Of a stretch of DNA of 64,000 nt, positions 53,135 to 64,000 are shown piece after piece (within the stretch, counting starts at the first letter, position 1; every line of letters begins with the position of its first letter). Location: positions 64,603-128,602 of the forward strand of contig NIVC01002956.1 of NCBI GenBank assembly GCA_002269645.1. Direction: 5' to 3'. This stretch comes from Macrostomum lignano. Taxonomy: Eukaryota. The notes beneath the pieces are model-generated. The model had not been told where the DNA came from and did no database searches. It saw only the letters and a program-made list of their open reading frames with translations. A program made the position numbers and the translations under genes.

Positions 53135-56100
53135 ATGTCGCTGCCGTCCATGTCTGAGCGGCCTGAGGCGCCTCCTTCACCGCGCACAGCTCCGCCGCGT
53201 CTGTCAATGCTGGCCTGCTTTCTAATTGGCAGCTTCGCCCTGGGCTCCTGGATCGACATCAATGGCGTGTTCAACCAGCTGCCGCTGATGGTGAAGAGCC
53301 TGCCGGAGGGCTGGTCGCTGCCGTCCTACCTGGCCGTGATTGTGCAGCTGGGCAACATCGGCCCGGCCGCCTTCCTGTTGGCCAGTCGGCTTAGCCGCGG
53401 CAAATTCACTGACCGAGCAGGCGTGTTCGTCATCAATGCGACTGGCGCCGTGGCTTTGCTTGTGCTCGCCTTCGTCTGGCCAATCACCATCGACGGTCGC
53501 AGCCTTCCACTCATGCTGGTAGTGCTGACCCTGTCCCTGGTAGACTGCTCCTCCTCTGTTGTCTATCTCAGCTACATGTCCGCCTATCCCACCGCGTATT
53601 TGAGCGCCCTGTACGTTGGCGAAGGAGTTGGCGGACTGATCCCAGGGCTGCTGGCATTGATACAGGTGAGTCCATTGACTGGGTCTTGCCGTGATGGTCT
53701 GAGTGAGAGCGGAGAGGCAGATTCAAGAACTGGGGAGAGCGGAGAGGCAGATTCAAGAACTGGGGAGAGCGGAGAGGCAGATTCAAGAACTGGGGAGAGT
53801 GGAGAGGCAGATTAAGGGATTGGGGAAAGCGGAGAGGCAGATTCAAGCACTGGGGAGAGAGCGGAGAGGCAGATTCAAGCGCTGAGGGAGAGCGGAGAGG
53901 CAGATTCAAGCGCTGAGGCAGAGCGGAGAGGCAGATTCAAGCGCTGAGGCAGAGCGGAGAGGCAGATTCAAGCGCTGAGGCAGAGCGGAGAGGCAGATTC
54001 AAGCGCTGAGGCAGAGCGGAGAGGCAGATTCAAGCGCTGAGGCAGAGCGGAGAGGCAGATTTAAGCGCTGAGGGAGAGCAGAGAGGCAGATTCAAGCACT
54101 GGGAGAGAGCGGAGAGGCAGATTCAAGCGCTGAGGGAGAGCGGAGAGGCAGATTCAAGCGCTGAGGCAGAGCAGAGAGGCAGATTCAAGCGCTGAGGGAG
54201 AGCGGAGAGACAGATTCAAGCGCTGAGGCAGAGCGGAGAGGCAGATTCAAGCGCTGAGGCAGAGCAGAGAGGCAGATTCAAGCGCTGAGGGAGAGCGGAG
54301 AGACAGATTCAAGCGCTGAGGCAGAGCGGAGAGGCAGATTCAAGCGCTGAGGGAGAGCGGAGAGGCAGATTCAAGCGCTGAGGCAGAGCGGAGAGGCAGA
54401 TTCAAGCGCTGAGGGAGAGCAGAGAGGCAGATTCAAGCACTGGGAGAGAACGGAGAGGCAGATTCAAGCACTGGGAGAGAGCGGAGAGGCAGATTCAAGC
54501 ACTGGGAGAGAGCGGAGAGGCAGATTCAAGCACTGAGGGAGAGCGGAGAGGCAGATTCAAGCACTGGGAGAGAGCGGAGAGGCAGATTCAGGTCTATCAA
54601 GTTTGCTAACAGGGAATTTGCTAGCCGAAGCTTGCTAGTAGCTGTCAGTGGCAGTACGAGCTATATATTTATACTCGGACGAATCAAAGCGGCTGACTCA
54701 CTTGTCGATATGAAAACAAACAGCAAATAAGAGAACAATGCAGCAAATTCGGCTAGCAGATTTCCTGCTAGCAGATTTCGGCAGGCAAATTTCTCGCTAA
54801 CAAACTTCGGCTAGCAAATCTCATACTCCCTGCAGATTCAAGTGCGTCAGTATGAGCCTCATAAGTTTATGTATCCAAAAAAGCATTCCACGTGAAGTAT
54901 TTGGTGTGCTTGATGCTAAGAAAAATTACTGTATTATAATGCTTCGCACTTCGCAGCTTATAGAAAGCGGACTGCAGGTCAATCGGCACTGCTATTATGC
55001 AGCACTCAGCGGTTAAAGATAAGAATCGCTACAGTCTGGCCTTGCTGTACAATGAAAAGTCATATGGTCATTGTATTTAGTCAAGCTTTTTCTTGTAGGC
55101 CATAAATATGTTGGCGAAAGTGCGCAGTTCAACGGCTAAGAACCAAGGCCCCATCGGCATAAGCCATGGCGCACAGGTGCGGCAGCGTATAAGTGCCGCC
55201 TTATCGTTATCGAACAGTAATTACTACAAAAAATTTCAACACAATGAACACACGAAATTGCAATTATATTTTCGATGAAAGCAGAAACTGAGGGTGGACA
55301 CCTTCGCTCGCTTTTTGGTTGGTGGGTCTACTTAACCAAATCAACTCCTTCTCACACTGCTCAATATTGCTACTTATAGTAGGCTACTTTGCACTCTACT
55401 TCTCATCCTACCTACTCTTATACCTAGGTTTCTAATTCTATGCATGTCGGTGCTTAAAAGATAAGCTTGTCTTAAGCTTGAGTCTCAAGCTTGTCTTAAG
55501 CTTGTATTGCTCAGGAAACTTTTCTGCCGATATGTATCGTTTTTTGATACTTGCAAAAACAGTTTTTTGATACTTGCATATTAAAAAGGCCTTTACAAAG
55601 TTACCATAAATAGCCCAGAACCGACTGGGTGATAAACTGCTTCAATGTTGAAGCATTAGAACGCCGATATTTTCTTAGAAAGCCGACCTATTTATCATTC
55701 CCAGGGATCTGGCGGCGCCCCAGAGTGCATCAACGGCACGCATCCGGAGTACGCGCCGCCCCGCTACTCTGTGGGCGCATTCTACGGCCTGCTGTGCGGC
55801 ATGCTCTGCTACAGCCTGCTGGCCTTCTGGCTGCTCACCGCCTGGCCGTTTAAGCTGGCTAATAGGCCGCCATTGAAGACTGAGCAGCAGCTGGCCGCCT
55901 CCGCAGCCCAGGTGGGTGGCTTATCTCAGGTTTAATCGGCGTTTAGACAATGAAAAGTAGGAGGATGAGAAACTACTGAGGAGAACTTTATAATATCAGA
56001 AACATTTTCCCGAGCTTTATCCGGGTACATCACGAACCGAAGTAATTTCCGGTTGAGCTACCGGATGTAGTTGACCCTGCGGTAATTTGACTCCAAGACT

Positions 56101-56732
56101 GTGCTTGCAGCGATTCAACCCCCCCCATTCAGGTATCCCCTCAGCCCGATGCCAGCCATCGCAACACCCCGGACGAGACCACCAGCCTTCGGCAGCCTCG
56201 CCGAAGCGGCAGCGCACCCAATCGCGCCTTCTTGCTCTGCCTGGTGGCCCTGCTGAACGCCTGGGGCACCGGCCTGCTGCCCTCGTTGCAGTCCTACTCT
56301 GCCCTGCCATACGGCTACAGCGCCTACCACCTGGCCGTGACCCTGGCCAACCTGGCCAACCCCCTGGCCTGCTTTGCCACCTTTGCCTGGCGGGCCCGGA
56401 CTGCCCGCAGCCTGCTGGCTCTGGTGGCCGCCGGCTGTCTGGCCAGCGGCTACGTCACCACGCTGGCCGCCATGTCACCGACGCCGCCTCTGCTGCACGG
56501 CGGCCTTGGCGCCGCCCTCATGATCATCGGCTGGACAGCCGCGTCGGGGCTGTTCAGCTTCGCCAAGGCCTGCATCGCTGCCAGCGTCAGCGAGGGCGGT
56601 AGCAGCGGCGAGGGCCGACGCTGGCTGCGTCTGACTGGCGTCGCCACGCAGGCTGGCGCGGCAGTCGGCGCGGTGGTTGGCTTCCTGCTCAGCGTGGTGT
56701 TCGGCGTGCTTAAGGATGCGCCGCCCTGCTAG
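53135..56732 (+). CDS. SLC52A: Riboflavin transporter, SLC52 family, ~445 aa
   Basis: Exons 53135-53665, 55705-55911 and 56133-56732 (phase 0, GT-AG). Motifs GSWIDINGVFNQLPLMVKSLPEGWSLPSYL...QLGNIG, DCSSSVVY...YVGEGVGGLIPGLLALIQG, GLLPSLQSYSALPYG...ANPLACF, GVATQAGAAVGA. Confidence 0.93.
53704..54590. repeat. ~31-bp intronic minisatellite (SLC52 intron 1)
   Basis: GAGCGGAGAGGCAGATTCAAGCGCTGAGGsA units. Confidence 0.95.
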
Positions 56733-57129
56733 CAGGTTGTTGAGTAAATGTATCGCTAGAGCATCCGCAAGATACCGGCTGAAACCAGGCTGCTGCTGTC
56801 TGCCCTGTCATCTCTGAGAACCGCCTTGAATTCTCGTTCAAATCAAACCTTATCTTAATCTGTTAAATATGAGCTAGCTTTGCTTGCAATCCATTGCTTT
56901 TTTTCTATTTATTTTCTTAGAACTGTTTAGAAAAACCCTTACTCACCTACTAGCCGTTGTTAGTAGCTGATTGCGCGCATAAAATCGCAAATAGTTCAAT
57001 AATTATTTGATTTGATTTTTAAAGCTTTTTTTACATAGTCAATCAATAATTCTATTATTTGCTTTCAGAATTCTCTGGTGCTGTATCGCTGTTGATTTTT
57101 CTCTAACTTGACTGCTTCCGTCCATTTTA

Positions 57130-57243
57130 AGATGTATTGTATCTAGATGAGATGTATTGTATCTAGATGAGATGTATTGTATCTAGATGAGATGTATTGT
57201 ATCTAGATGAGATGTATTGTATCTAGATGAGATGTATTGTATC
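57130..57243. repeat. 20-bp tandem repeat GATGTATTGTATCTAGATGA, ~5.5 copies, downstream of SLC52
   Basis: Tandem periodicity. Confidence 0.95.
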
Positions 57244-57594
57244 GCTGCTTGGATTAGAAATATATATGCATGAATGTGTCAGGATTCTGCTTGTATATGA
57301 CTATCAGTAAATTTTGTACTTTTTCTGGGACACTCTTCCACAGTGGTATGCAATATATTTGGCCGACACGCACAGACTAGCTGTTCTCAGCAGGGTTCCC
57401 TCCTACTCTTACGAGATGCTTCTCTTGTAAGATTTAGTTTATCCCAGCTTTTATTCCTAGGCAGCATCCCGCCTGCTTCATCAATAATTTTATGGCCGGA
57501 CTGGGATTTTCGGTTGCCAGTTTTTGTAGCGCATCCGCGGTAGTGCAAAGCTGTGTAGAAAATGCAGATTTTATGTGCACAGATTGCAGCTGGG

Positions 57595-58302
57595 CTACTC
57601 GAATCGAGTGCAGGCCGGGTTGACCAGAACTGATGCTGGTGACTCGGCCGGGACCGGATTCGGGTGGCGGTTCCGCTGGTGTCCGGGTGAATTCCGGGTT
57701 TTGTTGGAATTCGAATTCGGATTTGGATTCAAATTAGAAGTAGAATTCGGATTCGGGCTGGCGACGGCCGTCATGAGAGGCAGCTGGGCGGCCAGCCGCC
57801 TGTGCAGTCGCAGGCTGACCAGCCGCAGGCGGCAGGCCACGGCTTGGGCGGCCAGCAGCAGCCCCAGGGCGCCGAACAGCAACAGTGGCGTGCCGATCAG
57901 CCAGTCGAGATTGGCAGACGCGTCCAGCTGCCCGATGTCATCCAGCCGGGGGTCCCTCGCCCTGGCCAGGCCGTAGGTGAGGCCGCCGATCAGCGCTGCG
58001 GCTGCGAGAGCCAACAGGCATCGGCGGAGTCGAACCCAGGCCATCAAGCTGGGCTGCAACTGACAGGCCAGGCCGAGTCGAACACGCTGAAGCTCGTCGG
58101 CGCAACCTGGTGCTGCCTCTAGCTGGGCGATGCGGCGAAGGTGATTGCTACAGTGTTCGAGAGACGGCGATGCCCGCTGCTTCTGTTGCAGCCTCGGAGA
58201 ACGCGACGAAGGCCAGGCGAGGCAGCGAAGACGCGTCAGTGGTCGGCCGGCGTCGTCTGCCCATCCTATTCTTCCGTCAGTGGACTCTGTTCTACTTTCC
58301 AT
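57595..58302 (-). CDS. Intronless ORF for an unknown two-pass membrane protein (~235 aa)
   Basis: GC-rich ORF from MESRTESTDG; hydrophobic segments CLLALAAAALIGGLTYGLA and LIGTPLLLFGALGLLLAAQAVAC; NP-rich tail. Confidence 0.55.
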   Translation of the reverse strand: MESRTESTDGRIGWADDAGRPLTRLRCLAWPSSRSPRLQQKQRASPSLEHCSNHLRRIAQLEAAPGCADELQRVRLGLACQLQPSLMAWVRLRRCLLALAAAALIGGLTYGLARARDPRLDDIGQLDASANLDWLIGTPLLLFGALGLLLAAQAVACRLRLVSLRLHRRLAAQLPLMTAVASPNPNSTSNLNPNPNSNSNKTRNSPGHQRNRHPNPVPAESPASVLVNPACTRFE

Positions 58303-59814
58303 GGATTCTTTTATCCGAGGATTCAATTCCAACTACTGCTCTGCCAGTAGCTTCTGTTGGTTTGATTTCGTTCCGTCCGTGAACGTTATAAGTCTAATTA
58401 AAGCTTACTTTTGTTCCTCCATGTAACATCACTGCTTTTTATATTATTACATCCGGACTTCTTCCAATGCCAGCAAATCAGAGAAACATCACATTGTGTG
58501 GCGATCCCATTTACAGTGTGTGTTGCTGCCGAATGCTCTGCGGGCCAATGAAATTCCAGCATAATGTCAGTTAGTTTTTCAGCCCATTAGCACGCAGTAC
58601 TGTCAAGACACTCAACGACTGCTTCAAGAAGGTAGGATTTTATTGTCAATAGAAAACTTGGTTTATTCCTACCTTTGGCTACCTTGTCAACACGGTAAAA
58701 ACTTGTCTTTGAGATTAGCTTCATGAGGAATTAAAATGAAAAGTCAGGCGATGCTTAATCAAGAGAGACTGGGCAGAGCATGGCATGAAAAGTTGAGGGG
58801 GGGGTAAGAAATCTTGATCTATCTGGTTTAGTGTGATATCTGAATTGCAAGTTTATTGAAGAATTCATCCTCCCTTGGTAACTGCGTAGAGTTGTCAATC
58901 TTGGTGGGTATGTCCAAAAACGAATACGGAAAAAACTCCTTTTTGCTGCAACGTTTTACACAAAGTACGAGCTGTGACATTATTTATTCTGTTTCAACGT
59001 CTGCTTCTGTCGATTCGCGTAGGCCGTAGGGTATCTGCAGTGGCACCAACGGTACGGAACTGCGCCGGTGATCCCTACAAGACCACAAAGATGTTCCAGG
59101 TCGCAAACTCGCACGTTCCATTAGAAATGGTAAGAGTTGAAAAATATTGAATTTTGAATTTTACAACAAAAACAACAACAAAGCTTGAATTTTCATGGCT
59201 CGTTCGCCCTACAATCAACTCACAACAAATCACCCATCAATTACCACTTAGTATTTGCCATATGACACTCGTACCCAATTCTGGAGCGCCTGGTCTCAAA
59301 AAGTGAACTGCCTGACGGACGAACTGGTGAAGGAGTTCACAACTTTGCGAGTGCAGGCATGTTAATCTTTTTTATCAAATGAATTCTGCTCTGTAAAAGA
59401 GACCAAGATGTCTTTCCTTTTAAGCATCAGCAGAACAACCTCCGGGGACGTGGCCGGTGCAGAGGGTGTGTGGTATACGGTAATCCGGACGATTAGAACA
59501 AATACTCACACACAATATATTTCACTTCTGTTACTTATTCTGCTTATACTCAAAGAATATACTGTTAGTGCTCTTGGATACCGATTACATGTACGTTCTG
59601 ATGCTGCGTCAAAAATTGCGGATAATAAACATCAGAAGCCCTGTCTTTCGCCTTGGTTGAATAGAAATCGACTAGTGGGGGCGGCCGGCTGCGCCCGCCA
59701 TTGGAGAGTTATGGGAGGTGGCAGGCTTGCGGCAAGGGTGAGCCAGAAGTGCGGAACTGTTGTAGTGAGGAAAAATCATTTGAAAATACATTAGAAGCCC
59801 CATTTCAAAGTTAA

Positions 59815-60060
59815 GTTAAGAGGGTGTGCAAAAAAGTCATACTACTGGGCAGTACGACTCGGCGCGGATGATGTGGCCTGCCAGCTGATGTCGCCGACGG
59901 CGACGCGACAAGTCGCTTGGAGAAGGGCCAGGCCGGCGCCATACAGCACCACATTTATCGCTCGCTCGTCCGTCAGCGTCCAGGTCTCGGCGTAGAGTAG
60001 AGCAAGCCGCATTGAAATGCTCCATGACAGAGCGGCAGTCTCCAACAGTCAGCAAATGAA
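59815..60060 (-). pseudogene. RTE-clade LINE 3' fragment
   Basis: Frameshifted LLETAA...LLYAETWTLT...RRRRHQLAGHIIRAESYCP followed by a short (CTTAA)-type tail. Confidence 0.65.
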
Positions 60061-60782
60061 CGAATGCTTAGTGAGCTACATTGGCCGAATTGATAAGGAC
60101 TGAATATTCTACACGCCCGTGTCAGGCCATATGCAGCCATATCTCTCACGGTATCGAAATTGCACAAAACATTCTCCCATGTCGTGCTGGACGACTTTTC
60201 CTCTGGAAATTGGAGCGAAACTGAGCGGACAGGCCTTTTGACCCAGACTGCCTCCCTGAGGGATTGCAATTTGCAATTTTGCAATTTCAATTCAGGATCT
60301 CTTCCTCTGTGTCAGGCTCAGACTGATTGCAATCCTGCATTGCCTTTGGCTCCACGTTTCTGGGGTTCTGAAATCGATAGATCAGAAAGATCCTATATCC
60401 CTAAGCTTGGATTCCCTGCACTCAGGAGTATCCAAAATGAAATTAAACGCGCTTTTTAAGAATTCCCAACCGTTTTAGCGGTGGTCTCTGGGGAATCTCG
60501 AATCTTCGGCCCTAAGTGATCCTTTCCAAAATCGATTTAGCACCCTTTCTTAGACCTCCAAGATTAAAAGGAATCTTTTATTATATATAGGTTTTTCCAA
60601 GAAACAAAAAGTGTTCCACTTGTGCCTTTAGAATTGCAGTCTGTATTTACACAGGAAGTGTATTCTGTTCTGCGTTATTCTAATTAATATCTTGACAACA
60701 ATAAATAACATCAATATAATATTTCACCGAACGACACATTTTAAGGTGAAAGAGTAAAAACGTGCTAAACTTTAGGAGCATC

Positions 60783-61105
60783 ATTTTGTCGGCAGTCAAA
60801 TTGTCGGCAGTCATTTTGTCGGCAGTCATTTTGTCGGCAGTCAAATTGTCGGCAGTCATTTTGTCGGCAGTCAAATTGTCGGCAGTCATTTTGTCGGCAG
60901 TCAAATTGTCGGCAGTCATTTTGTCGGCAGTCAAATTGTCGGCAGTCATTTTGTCCGCAATCAAATCGCCGCAGTCAAATTGTCGGCAGTCATTTTGTTG
61001 GCAGTCAATTGTCGGTCGGCAGTCATTTTGTCCGCTTGACCGCAGTCAATTGTCCGCAGTCATTTTGTCCGCTTGACCGCAGTCAATTGTCCGCTTGACC
61101 GCAGT
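60783..61105. repeat. 15-bp minisatellite (wwTTGTCGGCAGTCA)n
   Basis: Tandem periodicity with alternating variants. Confidence 0.93.
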
Positions 61106-61224
61106 CAATCGACCGAAAGCGTTGCGCCATGGTGACCACAGCGCTCTTGCGGATATTGCTTTTTTGGTCTATACCCGACATTTCTTAAATTTGATTGTTT
61201 GCAAAGTTTTTTTCTAAAATTACC

Positions 61225-62220
61225 CTGATTCATTTACTGTCAGTAGAGTGAGTTGCTCTTACATTCACTTGCTCTTTCGCGCGTAGCCTCACGACGGTCT
61301 CTAAAGGTGAACGCGAAAATGTGGTGATTCTTACCTGAGTTATTAAATTTCTTTGCTTAGATTTGAAAGTAAAACTCAGGTAAAGTTGCTCGCTTGGCAA
61401 GTAAGATTGGCAAGTAAGACGGAATGAGAGGCTTGATGGGGAATCCAGATACTTGGCCAGCTCATATTCAGCGGTGTTAATCATAGACGATTGGTCTAAG
61501 AGGTTTTCAGGTTTATGAACCTTACAGAACCCCGTAAAGCTCATGGATAAAAGCACTTACCAGCACATCCTGCCCAGTGGGAGCCAACTTGGTCAGCTCT
61601 ACGGGGTCTGTGAGGTTCATAAACCTGAAAAACCTCTGGTCATCTTTCGTTCTGCTAAGGTTGACAACTTTGTCGGTCGGTTGAAGTCACGTGTTCCCTG
61701 TGCTCTTCGTGCTGGTGTCGTTTATCAGTTCAACTGCTCTGATGACCAGAGCGTCTACTACGTGGGGAAGACAAAAAGGCACCTGCACACTAGAATCAGG
61801 GAGCACTGGCTGAAACCGTCGGCTTTACAAAACCACTCTTAGAGTGTAATTGTTGCTCCAACTGCAAACCCGAAGAGCGCTTCAAAGTCGTTGCTCAATG
61901 CTCATTTGACTCCAAACTCCAGATACTTGAAGCGCTGTACATTAAAGCGCATTCCCCCAACCTCAACACTCAACTCCAACACAGTGGCGCGGGACATGTT
62001 CTCCGTGTGTTCTGAGGGAGGGACACTGGCTGTACATTATATACTTCTAACTATATCGCTATCATTCCGTCCCTGGACTTTGCCGCTCGACTTTTGGACC
62101 AACAAACCTGTACTTCAAATATTATTTATTTACTGCCGATCTCACTCGTTTCTTTCGCTCAAAAATAAACCTGAAGATGCACAGTATCGTGCGAAACGCG
62201 TCGTTAAATTAAATTTATTT
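61225..62220 (+). mobile_element. Rearranged Penelope-like element remnant with inverted arm
   Basis: Plus: LYGVCEVHKPEKPL (YGxPKVHKP) fused to GIY-YIG VVYQFNCS...YYVGKTKRHLHTRIREH and frameshifted LQILEALYIKAHSPNLN. Minus arm: FTGFCKVHKPENL...INTAEYELAKYL. ~45-bp inverted repeat at 61501-61542 and 61598-61637. Confidence 0.85.
62163..62210 (+). ncRNA. Minimal type-I hammerhead ribozyme in the Penelope 3' region
   Basis: CTGAAGA (62171-62177), extra T, stem II GCAC/GTGC, GAAA (62193-62196), palindromic ACGCGT stem III, GTC cleavage triplet, short stem I AAC/GTT. Confidence 0.7.
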
Positions 62221-63504
62221 ATTGTTGATTTTTGTCTTCCTATTCATCTTTGCTTAGAAATTGGCGAGTATCGTGACAGCCGGGTGCTCCTTACTCGTAC
62301 GTATTGAGACATTTCCGCTAGCAGAGCAATTTAAGAAAAAAGATATATTTTTTAATAATCTGCCTTGAAAGAAGACGGAGGAAGTCGCTCGCAGATGATT
62401 AGTTGGGGGAGACTGGCTGTATCTGGGAATAGACCTTGATGAAGTGCAGGCAGCTTAAATTTGGCTAATCTGCGAAAAAATGAGCGCGGAATAGCTGGGA
62501 GAAGGACGCGCGGACTCGAGGCTGCCTGCGAAAGAGATCGGGGCCATGCAGATCCGTGCGGGTCTACAGCCCGGCCGAGGAGTTTTAAGACGAGACATCC
62601 GGACTCGCAACTCAATTTCACTGTCTTTTTTACTCTGAAGTCAGGCTCCGCACACGCTCACGGATGTGCAGGCTTGTACAGCGTCCCCGACTGTCCAGCG
62701 AATATAATTACGAGCTATTTGTACCTTCGGGGTTGGCATCTACGTCACGCGACAAGCCCCTGGTCGATTTCCGCGCTCTGCTACTAAAACTGAGAAATGA
62801 TTTGTGAATTTCTGTTCAGTGAAGACCAAAGGATGTTCCGCTAAAAGCGGTTGAACTGTGGTTGAACTTTAAATTTTTGTTGATCAATCCTGCTTTGAAG
62901 TTGGCCAGTGAGTCAGATCTCTGAATTTCCACTGTGCTGCAGACAAAGCTAAAGCGAACTGCTTCCGGTGTTCTCTTGTAAGAAACGAAGGTTTCAGGGG
63001 TGCAGTTTGCCAGTCCAGAGATTTCAGTTCAAGTACGCCTTGGCCGCGCTCTCGCCCTCAGCTCAAGGCTGCTTCATCAACTTATTCAGCTTCCGCATCG
63101 CCCCGCCCTGTCTGTGTGTCAGCGAATGACTTGATGCGGGCAGAACCGAATTCACATGCAACTGTAGACCCCCGTCTCGATCCAGCTTCCGAATACAAGA
63201 CAGCTTCATCAGGCCTTACTCAAGTCTGCCTTTCTTGTCATTAGTTTTGCTGCTGCTGCAGTTTTCGATTTTCTTGCTTCTCTTTCGACACCATCAGGTG
63301 AGGGCTGGGTCATTTTCGGCTGCTGTTTGTGAAAGGGCTGAAAAATTATAATATAGGGGACATTGTTTACAGTAACTGCATCTGGCCAGCATCCAGTTGA
63401 ATTCTCGGCTGTTCTGACATGGAGATTTATTGATCTGCTCTTATGAAAATATTTTGCTCCTTGTGCGCCAGGAAAGAATAAATGGGGGCGTGGGGGATCA
63501 AAAT

Positions 63505-63855
63505 CACCTGATTGAGATTGGGATTCGAGTTTATCGGGGTGGGGATTCGAGTTTATTGGGGTGGGGATTCAAGTTTATTGGGGTGGGGATTCAAGTCTAT
63601 TGGGGTGGGGATTCGAGTCTATTGGGGTGGGGATTCAAGTCTATTGGGGTGGGGATTTGAGTTTATCGGGGTGGGGATTCGAGTTTATTGGGGTGGGGAT
63701 TCAAGTCTCGGGGGGGGTGGGGATTCGAGTTTATTGGGGTGGGAATTCAAGTCTATTGGGGTGGGGATTCGAGTCTATTGGGGTGGGGATTTGAGTTTAT
63801 GGGGTGGGGATTCGAGTTTATCGGGGTGGGGATTCGAGTTTATTGGGGTGGGGAT
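63505..63855 (+). repeat. 22-bp G-rich minisatellite (TATTGGGGTGGGGATTCrAGTy)n with G-quadruplex potential
   Basis: Two G4 tracts per unit, ~15 units. Confidence 0.93.
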
Positions 63856-64000
63856 TAAAGTGAACAGTATTTTTAGGCTAGAAGGCAAGGTAGACGCTGG
63901 TACGAGATTAGAAAAGAAGTAGAAGACAAAATCGCTGAGTGAAATCGTGCAAAAAAGGGGAATATTTTGCAGGCTAGAAGAGCAGCCTCTCGCTATACGA

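Noticed and set aside
59022-59085. HDV-like ribozyme suggested by nested stems (GTAGGG/CCCTAC, CCGTA/TACGG)
   Set aside because: L3, P1.1 and J4/2 do not fit the HDV consensus; the segment reads better as an exon.

Overview
Eukaryotic (metazoan) genomic DNA with spliceosomal introns, GC-rich low-complexity exons and minisatellite-filled introns. The style suggests a flatworm such as Macrostomum, but this is inference only. Host genes reconstructed by hand with phase-consistent splice sites: a FoxL1-like forkhead gene (-), a RING-bearing brat/ncl-1-like TRIM-NHL gene (-), a 3-exon orphan gene (-), an SLC52 riboflavin transporter (+) and an intronless 2-TM ORF (-). The first ~20 kb is a nest of mobile DNA: a decayed piggyBac, two young RNase H-containing LINEs, an LTR-like insert and a Sola2-like transposase with a PHD finger. 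Removing the nested insertions in silico leaves a ~7 kb co-oriented, virus-like gene cluster: an intron-containing SF3 (CRESS/parvovirus Rep-type) helicase gene preceded by four stacked hairpins, a C2H2-like zinc-finger gene and four abutting or overlapping orphan ORFs. This cluster is the best candidate for an undescribed system. Other notable signals are a clean twin-priming 5' inversion in a non-L1 LINE, an RNA structure shared by a tRNA-derived SINE and a LINE 3'UTR, a Penelope hammerhead ribozyme, a CpG-decayed block and a possible trans-spliced operon. No CRISPR array, rRNA or bona fide tRNA gene was found. All family assignments rest on motif recognition, not database searches.
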